NCBI GenBank assembly: GCA_002403335.1
Contig: DHHO01000002.1
Coordinates: 71,540 to 125,469, forward strand
Length of the DNA: 53,930 nucleotides
From: Caldiserica bacterium UBA4770
Lineage (GTDB): Bacteria > Caldisericota > Caldisericia > Caldisericales > Caldisericaceae
Direction: 5' to 3'
Below are positions 47,837 through 53,930 of the stretch, in pieces (within the stretch, counting starts at the first letter, position 1; the number at the start of each line of letters is the position of its first letter). Below the pieces are notes generated by a model, which saw only the letters and a program-made list of their open reading frames with translations, was not told where the DNA came from and ran no database searches. The translations under genes and the position numbers were made by a program.

Positions 47837-48494
47837 AATAAAAGAAATAAAAAGAGCGAAAAGAAAAACAATAGCCCTTCAAATAACTGATGAAGGAAAT
47901 TTGATTGTAAAGGCACCCTTCGAAGTAAGTGACAAAACCATAAAGAATGTTGTTATTCGTCATCTAAATTGGATAGAGAAAAAGAAGAAAGAAGTTCTTT
48001 CAAGAGACCCTAAATTTGCAAAAAAGGAGTTTGTGAACGGAGAGGGGTTCCTTTACCTTGGAAAGCATTACCAATTAATAATTGTTAAAGAGCAAGAAAA
48101 ACCTTTAATTTTTAGGAATGCGTTTTTCCTCTCGCAAAACCATCTTGAGAATGCAAAGGAAGAGTTCATAAGTTGGTACAAAGAGCACGCTTATGAAAAG
48201 ATTTCGGAGAGAGTTGGATGGTATGGCAAAAACAGCGGCTTTATATATGGCAAGGTTAAAATCACCAATGCAAATAAACGATGGGGCTCTTGCTCTTCAA
48301 ATGGAAACTTGAATTTTTCTTGGCGGTTAATTATGGCTCCTTTGCCTGTGATAGATTATGTTGTTGTACATGAACTCGTTCATCTCGAAGAAAAGAATCA
48401 CACAAAAATCTTCTGGAGTAAAGTGAAAACAATAATTCCAGATTATAAGAAACATGTAGATTGGCTTAAAACAAATGGATATCTCTTGAAGTAA
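47811..48494 (+). CDS. DUF45/YgjP-like (M48/WLM-type) HExxH zinc metallohydrolase
   Basis: HExxH motif VVHELVHLEE near the C-terminus; start overlaps the hsdR stop. This family commonly sits just downstream of hsdR. Confidence 0.75.
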   Translation: MEKSIMGIEIKEIKRAKRKTIALQITDEGNLIVKAPFEVSDKTIKNVVIRHLNWIEKKKKEVLSRDPKFAKKEFVNGEGFLYLGKHYQLIIVKEQEKPLIFRNAFFLSQNHLENAKEEFISWYKEHAYEKISERVGWYGKNSGFIYGKVKITNANKRWGSCSSNGNLNFSWRLIMAPLPVIDYVVVHELVHLEEKNHTKIFWSKVKTIIPDYKKHVDWLKTNGYLLK

Positions 48495-48810
48495 TAATGC
48501 GAGTTTAATAAGTTTGCTGGTTCTAGTGGACAGCTTTCCCTGTGTAACCTTGTTTTTATTGTCATAATACAGCAGATAAACAGTCGAATTTTACGAAGCT
48601 TTCCCACAAATTGCTTTACAACCTCGTTTATATGTTAATTGTTATATGAGACTCTGAACCTTGCTTTTAAAAGAAGATTTACGATGTAAAGAGACAAATA
48701 AGTTAAAGACTGAACAACCCTCTCGCCTACCATGTCAAAGGAAGTTACTACAAGCCGTATGCAAAAGGAGCGCATATTGCTTGAATAATTATATTAACCT
48801 GCTTACGAAG

Positions 48811-49055
48811 ATTGCAGGTTACAGAAGATTAAAGATGATATGTAGGTTAAGTAGTGCAAATAGACTTTTCACTAACGACGTTCAAAGACCATTTAAGAGG
48901 GCATTGCACACCGGCATATCAAAGACAAAACAAAGACCACTGTAAAGATAATTTACTTACAGTTATGCAGGTGTTTAGCAATGCAACGGACTTTTCATTC
49001 GCAAGCTCATTTCAAAAACCGTTTAAGACGCATTGCACACCAGCATATCTGTGAT
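48811..49055. repeat. Degenerate partial repeat copies and a tandem ~65-bp duplication next to the right-hand repeat
   Basis: 48811-48870 is a shortened copy of the first 80 bp of the 340-bp repeat (GATTGCAGGTTACARARGATTAARGA...GTTAGTAGTGCA). Units 48862-48925 and 48988-49055 share ...GACTTTTCA...TTTAAGAGGGCATTGCACACCGGCATATC / ...TTTAAGACGCATTGCACACCAGCATATC. Confidence 0.45.
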
Positions 49056-49087
49056 AATTAACAAAGAAAGTTATAACCCGCCGAAAC

Positions 49088-49440
49088 AGATTGCAGGTTA
49101 CAAAGGATTAAGGAGAAGATCAAGAGAGGATTGGGGATAAGGACAAAGAAAAGTTAGTAGTACAGGCGGTAGTATCGCACCAAAAAATTTTCATTTCGTA
49201 AGCTCAAAGACCAGAAAAGTTTTTCGTGCACCGCCTTGCAAAAATCATTTTAAAAGGAAGAAATAAGTTGTAGTCAAATCCTACATACCGAGGTCGCATA
49301 GGTGAGACGGTTTTGATATAATTTTACCCACCCTCAGTTAGTTATTCGCCGTGCGATTGTAAATTCATTGGTAGGCTGACCGCCTGCTTCTTTATTCATA
49401 GAGAGCCTGCCCTGAACTTGTTTCAGGGGCCCGGCTCATA
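49088..49440. repeat. Right copy of ~340-bp direct repeat bracketing the accessory island
   Basis: Collinear with 33899..34240. Relative to the left copy it carries an extra hairpin CCCTGAA-cttgt-TTCAGGG (49410-49428) inserted between the shared ...CCGCCTGC and GGCCCGGCTC segments. Confidence 0.7.
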
Positions 49441-49469
49441 ATAAAAATGTTCCCACCCTGAAAACGAAA

Positions 49470-49512
49470 AAAGCCTGTCCTGAACCTGTTTCAGGGTCAG
49501 GATAATTTTTTG
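49470..49512. terminator. Bidirectional intrinsic terminator downstream of tRNA-Met
   Basis: Hairpin CCTG-t-CCTGAA-cctgt-TTCAGG-gt-CAGG flanked by AAAAAAG upstream and ATAATTTTTT downstream; on the minus strand it is followed by UUUUUUCGUUUU. Confidence 0.45.
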
Positions 49513-49686
49513 ATGGCGGAGACGGATCCCGGATTACGGCGCTAACTCCACCACCTGTATATAAATATGCAATGGGGGAGAAAAGTTTTTTAAAGAACTA
49601 TCTTAGTGAAATAAAAACTTAAGAATTGGTTTTAATTTTTTTATGATGGCTCAGGATAGGTTTTAGATAGTAATTAGTTATCTTTA

Positions 49687-49762
49687 TGGTGGCGGCGGGG
49701 GGATTCGAACCCTCGACACTCCGGGTATGAGCCGGATGCTCTAACCACTGGGCTACGCCGCC
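49687..49762 (-). tRNA. tRNA-Met (anticodon CAU; elongator type, or possibly Ile2/k2CAU)
   Basis: Manual fold: acceptor GGCGGCG/CGCCGCC, anticodon arm TCCGG-CTCATAC-CCGGA, T-loop TTCGAAT, discriminator A then CCA; lacks initiator features (G1-C72, no GGG/CCC in the anticodon stem). Confidence 0.8.
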
Positions 49763-50115
49763 ATTCCTCTATGTCGCTTCATTCGTTTCTTTTGAACTGT
49801 CTGGTTTTCCTGTGAATCCTTCAGGAATTTTCTCATCATTTTGTCGAAGCTTTCTTTACTGGATTCTGAGCGTTTGGTCGCAGGAGCGGGGTCTAATTTC
49901 TTAACAAAAGAGAAGTTGAGTTTATCTTTTGTTTTACCCTTCCCTATGATGTTTACAACTACCCTGTCGCCTTCCTTAAGAAGGCCCTCTCCATCTTCTC
50001 CATGGTTATTCAGCTGGGAAATGTGGATTAATCCAACTTTGCCCTCATCAAGTTTCACGAAAACTCCATAGGGCATTAATTTTATCACTCTACCAGTCAG
50101 CTCTTCCTGTCCCAT
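49753..50115 (-). CDS. S1 RNA-binding domain protein (YabR-like)
   Basis: S1 OB-fold (GRVIKLMPYGVFVKLDEGKVGLIHISQLN); its last three codons and stop (GCG GCG TAG) overlap the 5' acceptor stem of tRNA-Met. Confidence 0.8.
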   Translation of the reverse strand: MGQEELTGRVIKLMPYGVFVKLDEGKVGLIHISQLNNHGEDGEGLLKEGDRVVVNIIGKGKTKDKLNFSFVKKLDPAPATKRSESSKESFDKMMRKFLKDSQENQTVQKKRMKRHRGMAA

Positions 50116-50132
50116 ACAAATATATATAATAT

Positions 50133-50501
50133 TTATTTTTTAAAAAGTTCCAAGAAATTGTCAAAAAGCGTTTTAAAGAAATTCTTTTCTGAGTTCTGGG
50201 AGGATTCTTCTTTTGTTTCTTCTTGACTTATCCACTTAAAATAAACTACTGTTTCTCCCTCTTTTGCTAACATCAGGTTTTCCCTGGCAATCTTTTCAAT
50301 ATACTCCTGCTGATCTGCCAGAGCAATCTCTTGTTTAATTTTTTCGTTCTCCTCCCTTAAAAATGCAAGCTTTTGTTCAGCGTCGGCATACTCATTCTTT
50401 ATGTCGAAATAATACACTGTGGTATAAATTGTCTGAAAAGCCATATAGGTTACAAGCACGATAAGTAAAATTCTCATAGGACTTATTTTCTTTTTCTTCA
50501 C
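50133..50501 (-). CDS. divIC: Septum-formation initiator FtsB/DivIC-family protein
   Basis: N-terminal TM anchor followed by a coiled-coil (EQKLAFLREENEKIKQEIALADQQEYIEKIARENL); conserved position upstream of the S1-domain gene and tRNA-Met, as in Bacillus. Confidence 0.7.
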   Translation of the reverse strand: MKKKKISPMRILLIVLVTYMAFQTIYTTVYYFDIKNEYADAEQKLAFLREENEKIKQEIALADQQEYIEKIARENLMLAKEGETVVYFKWISQEETKEESSQNSEKNFFKTLFDNFLELFKK

Positions 50502-50612
50502 ATATAAAGCATAGTCTGAATTACCTTAAAGTCAAAATACCTTGTATAGGTTTACGGAGCCCTCTTCAATACAAGGGGAAGGCCTTCTTTTGTTACAGGG
50601 GATTAAAACCTC

Positions 50613-50640
50613 TTGTAAAAAAGTAAATTGTAATTATAAT
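50613..50640 (+). promoter_or_regulatory. Sigma-70-type promoter giving a probable leaderless transcript
   Basis: TTGTAA-16 nt-TATAAT, with the ATG at 50647 only 6 nt after the -10 box and no RBS. Confidence 0.35.
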
Positions 50641-50646
50641 TTCTTG

Positions 50647-53226
50647 ATGAGACGTGTAGCCCAGGGTGTGATCATATTTTTGATTTTTCTTTTGGCGATT
50701 CCTGGTAGTGCTTTGGGTTCAACGCTTATTCCTCCTCCTGAAGGCCTTGTTGTATCAGAGATGCCGCTCGATTATTTCTCTATTGAGTACCCTGAGCTTC
50801 CTGTTGGTATTTATAAGGTTAATGATGCTGTAAGCCTTTATAATAACGTCTATTTTGCAAGTGCCCATAATATCCCTATATTTGCAAGGATTAACCTTTT
50901 TTCCTATTCTCTTATTTCCGAAGAGCCTCAGGATATTGATGCGCTCAGGTCTTATTATCTTAGCATACCAATCGAAGATATTGTAGCGAGAGAAAAAGCA
51001 TTATCTGCCATACTTTATCATGCTCAAGATGGGGGGAAGCCACTTACCTTCTCTATTCCGGAAGAGCCCCATATTGAGATAACATACAAGGTTGAGAGAA
51101 CCAAGAGCGGGGAGGTGAGAATCCCTGTAAGAAATGTTATACAAGGTGATAAAATAGTTACTTATTTTCTTCTGGATGCCTCAAAAGGTCCTTCCGAGGA
51201 GAGGCTTTCACCCATGGACATTGCAAAGATTTATGACATAGATACCTGCCTTCATAATTTAGTTGTTATAAGGAATAAATATGATAACGAGAATGTAGAT
51301 TTTTTGGGTTTTTTCGTTGATGTCCCTCACAGGGGTATTTCTGAAAATTATTTAAAGAGTGTTGAGAGTTCTCTTAAAGAGCTTGTGAGTTATCTTCATA
51401 AACAGGGGAAGCTTCTCCTTGTCCAAAACCTTACTGATGAAACACTTGAGATGGGGGAGTTCGGGGATCTTGTAGGCCTTCGAATCACAGAGGATAATCT
51501 TGCGTTACTGGAAAAGGCAAGGCTGAGGTTTAAGGACAGGACAATTTTTGCAACCTATGATGGAGACTTTTCACATTGGGGGAATGTGGAAAGGTTTTTG
51601 AATGAGTGCACTCTTTATGGGATATATCCAGAATTTGGAAGGGACACAAGTTCAGGGGAATTTTATTATTATGAAAAGGCTTTTGGAGAAAATGAAGAAA
51701 GATTTAAAGATTATTCTACAATAATAAAGGTTTTTAATCAGGCAGGGTTTGTCGAAGAGATTACCTCTGATTCTTCAAGAATTGTCCGTTTTGGAGAGTA
51801 TCCCTTCCTGAACTTTGCAATCTTTCATAGCAAACCTGCTACGGTAAGTGTGGATGGAACAATTTTCAAAGGTTCCAGTGATTTTAAGATTGTTGATTTT
51901 AAAGGGAACAGTGTAAATTTTACACTCAGAGACGACTCTGTTTATATTAAGCTTGAGGGCAGCGGTTATACATTCCTTAGGGTCTTAACAAACGATTTCA
52001 GCCCTGTATATATTGGGACTTTTTTGTCTAATTCCCTTTCAGGGCGTGCAAATACAATTATTGTCAATGCGGGAGAAAAAGGCGGAGTTGTTACACTCAA
52101 ATTTCTTGGTGGTGATTCCCTGGTTTCTCAGGATTTTACCATGGAGCCCCTTGGGGAGCGAAAGGTCTTACTTCAAAATGTCCCCACTCAGGTTGAGTTT
52201 AAGGGAGTGGTATATGATACTCCTCTACCTGAAAAGAAGGGCAGTAGTGTCTTTTTATGGATAGTTCCACTCCTTATCATTTGTTTGATATTTTTATTTA
52301 ATAAAAGGATTAGTTTGAAAAAGGGCATTAAGAGCAGGGATTTCTATGTGCTTTCTATATTGCTACCATCACTACTTATTTTTATAAACAGGGAATTCAT
52401 CCATTATAGTTCAATAACAATTCTTTACTTTGTATTTGCGCTGCTTTTCTTTATTGCCTCATTTCATCAAAAGGAGAGATTCAGGGTAATGTTCTTCGAT
52501 GGTCTTCTTATGTTGATACTTGGTTTTGTTTTTAACTTTTTTGAATTTGGCACATTTTTACCCTATGTTTTTAATGATCTCCCCCCCTTTGAAAGTTATC
52601 TTAATTTTATTTTTTACATACCATTTATTTTGACACTTATTTATTTTTTCAATGTTAATTCACAGGGATTTAAGAAAATAGAGCTCGTGTATATTATCAT
52701 TGTACTAATAGGAGCAATCTTCTTTTTTGATAATTTCTCTCTACCATTTGAATTTGACTTGAGTTTGAGAAGTTTGTTATCAATAGTCATTATTTTCGCA
52801 GGTTTTATCCTACTACAGATTTTTGAGAGGCCCATTGGGACAAAAGATGTGCTTTTACCCATATTGGCACTCTGCATTGCGCTTTCTACAATTCCTTTGA
52901 ATCGTTTGCTGAGGTACAATATTCTGATGAGAGCTTCCCCACCAATGCTATTGTTATTTCTGAAGGATTTTCACCTTTTTTCTGTTCCACTTTTCTTTGT
53001 TTCTGTTTTTGACTATGGAAACAGAAAGATTAGAAAAGGTGGTCACTATGCAAGTGTTGTATATATTATTTTTTATATTCTTGTTGCTTTTTACTTCCTT
53101 TCGCAGTATACTTTTAAACAGGCAGGCACAACTTTTGTATCAGGTTTTGTTTCCCTGATTATAAACGCGATAATAATTACCCTGCTTTTTATGCTTTTAT
53201 TAGAACCATCGAGGAATGATTTTTAA
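50647..53226 (+). CDS. Large secreted/membrane protein of unknown function (N-terminal extracytoplasmic domain plus C-terminal polytopic membrane domain)
   Basis: Start at ATG 50647 gives a classical signal peptide (MRRVAQGVIIFLIFLLAIPGSALG); about 500-aa soluble region then 10 or more TM helices. The track ORF begins at an upstream TTG. Confidence 0.55.
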   Translation: MRRVAQGVIIFLIFLLAIPGSALGSTLIPPPEGLVVSEMPLDYFSIEYPELPVGIYKVNDAVSLYNNVYFASAHNIPIFARINLFSYSLISEEPQDIDALRSYYLSIPIEDIVAREKALSAILYHAQDGGKPLTFSIPEEPHIEITYKVERTKSGEVRIPVRNVIQGDKIVTYFLLDASKGPSEERLSPMDIAKIYDIDTCLHNLVVIRNKYDNENVDFLGFFVDVPHRGISENYLKSVESSLKELVSYLHKQGKLLLVQNLTDETLEMGEFGDLVGLRITEDNLALLEKARLRFKDRTIFATYDGDFSHWGNVERFLNECTLYGIYPEFGRDTSSGEFYYYEKAFGENEERFKDYSTIIKVFNQAGFVEEITSDSSRIVRFGEYPFLNFAIFHSKPATVSVDGTIFKGSSDFKIVDFKGNSVNFTLRDDSVYIKLEGSGYTFLRVLTNDFSPVYIGTFLSNSLSGRANTIIVNAGEKGGVVTLKFLGGDSLVSQDFTMEPLGERKVLLQNVPTQVEFKGVVYDTPLPEKKGSSVFLWIVPLLIICLIFLFNKRISLKKGIKSRDFYVLSILLPSLLIFINREFIHYSSITILYFVFALLFFIASFHQKERFRVMFFDGLLMLILGFVFNFFEFGTFLPYVFNDLPPFESYLNFIFYIPFILTLIYFFNVNSQGFKKIELVYIIIVLIGAIFFFDNFSLPFEFDLSLRSLLSIVIIFAGFILLQIFERPIGTKDVLLPILALCIALSTIPLNRLLRYNILMRASPPMLLLFLKDFHLFSVPLFFVSVFDYGNRKIRKGGHYASVVYIIFYILVAFYFLSQYTFKQAGTTFVSGFVSLIINAIIITLLFMLLLEPSRNDF

Positions 53227-53283
53227 AATTTAAGAAAGATATTAAAATTCAATAATTAAATACTAAATAATTGGAGGTGCCGA

Positions 53284-53481
53284 ATGGCAAAGTATAAGGT
53301 AAATATTGACAAGGACACATGTATTGGGTGTGGTGTGTGTGCTTCAATCTGTCCTGAAAATTGGTTTATGGATGAAGATGGTAAAGCAATGTACCTTTCT
53401 GTTGACTCAGATGTGGATTGTAACAAGGATGCTGTTGAAAACTGCCCGACCGGAAGTATTACGGTGGAAGAGGCAGGATAA
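53284..53481 (+). CDS. 4Fe-4S ferredoxin (POR delta-like)
   Basis: CIGCGVCASICP cluster motif plus a second partial Cys motif; RBS GGAGGTG. Confidence 0.8.
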   Translation: MAKYKVNIDKDTCIGCGVCASICPENWFMDEDGKAMYLSVDSDVDCNKDAVENCPTGSITVEEAG

Positions 53482-53521
53482 ACTTGAAAGGATCAGGCCG
53501 ATCCTGTAAGAAGGAGGTATC

Positions 53522-53930
53522 ATGGAAGTAACGACAAAGACACTTTATGAGGTGAGAATGCATGGCCGAGCGGGCCAAGGGGCGAAGTCAGGATCACAAA
53601 TGCTCGCAGAGGCAGCATTTAAGCAAGGTAAATGGATTCAGGCTTTTCCTGAATACGGGTCTGAGAGAAGAGGTGCTCCCACTGTTTCTTATACAAGGAT
53701 CTCTGATAAACCTATAAGGACGCATGAACCTATTACAAATCCTGATACAGTTCTTGTCCTTGATGGTGGATTACTCCGTGTTATCCCTGTAACTGCTGGC
53801 TTGAGTGAAGAAACGGGTGTATTGATTGTAAATACCACCTTATCTCCCGTGATGGTACGGGAAATTACAGGGTTTAAAGGTAAGATTTATACTATTGATG
53901 CAACCGGTATTTCACTGGACCTTCTTGGTA
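53522..53930 (+). CDS. porG: Pyruvate/2-oxoacid:ferredoxin oxidoreductase gamma subunit (5' partial; continues beyond the window)
   Basis: RMHGRAGQGAKSGSQMLAEAAFKQGKWIQAFPEYGSERRGAP is the conserved POR-gamma N-terminus; RBS AGGAGG. Confidence 0.75.
   Translation, partial: MEVTTKTLYEVRMHGRAGQGAKSGSQMLAEAAFKQGKWIQAFPEYGSERRGAPTVSYTRISDKPIRTHEPITNPDTVLVLDGGLLRVIPVTAGLSEETGVLIVNTTLSPVMVREITGFKGKIYTIDATGISLDLLG

Noticed and set aside
48661-49054. ORFs of 94 and 66 aa in the repeat-rich region beside tRNA-Met
   Set aside because: They span degenerate DNA repeats (the repeated peptide HCTPAY simply mirrors the DNA duplication), have no RBS, and sit in what looks like recombination debris.
1-53930. 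CRISPR arrays, cas genes, integrases/transposases, rRNA genes
   Set aside because: Scanned both strands. There are no regularly spaced short repeats with unique spacers, no recombinase or transposase signatures, and no rRNA-like sequence. The island's mobility machinery, if any, lies outside this window.

Overview
This 53.9-kb window is from a low-GC bacterial chromosome. Gene order resembles Firmicutes: rpsF-ssb-rpsR-rplI-dnaB, and divIC-yabR followed by tRNA-Met. Most of the window is housekeeping: GGDEF cyclase, ychF, tRNA-Glu, an SPFH protein, tRNA-Gln, two YtxG/YtxH-like stress proteins, the dnaB/ribosomal cluster, an M18 aminopeptidase, a DUF4388-roadblock-MglA GTPase module fused to udk, a radical-SAM gene, dprA, a polar amino-acid ABC transporter, a Na/Pi cotransporter, a thioredoxin-like/DUF318 permease/ArsR operon, a class-V aminotransferase, a DAACS symporter, an Asp/Glu racemase, GTP-PEPCK, a three-subunit xanthine-dehydrogenase-family enzyme with two tandem amidohydrolases, and at the 3' end divIC, an S1-domain gene, tRNA-Met, a large membrane protein, a ferredoxin and the start of a 2-oxoacid:ferredoxin oxidoreductase gamma subunit. 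The standout is a ~15-kb accessory island (about 34.2-49.1 kb). It is bracketed by two ~340-bp imperfect direct repeats (~93% identical), flanked by long gene-free stretches, and sits next to tRNA-Met. It carries a composite defence operon: a small ORF, a long HsdM, a class-II Fic AMPylase, HsdS, a DUF262/DUF1524 (GmrSD-like) nuclease in the PrrC-like slot between hsdS and hsdR, HsdR, and a DUF45/M48-like HExxH metallohydrolase. At the island's left end are several uncharacterised genes: a membrane-anchored protein, a wHTH/coiled-coil protein, a frameshifted surface protein and a small membrane ORF. No integrase, transposase or CRISPR array was seen. Coordinates I derived by hand (tRNAs, promoters, repeats) may be off by 1-2 nt.
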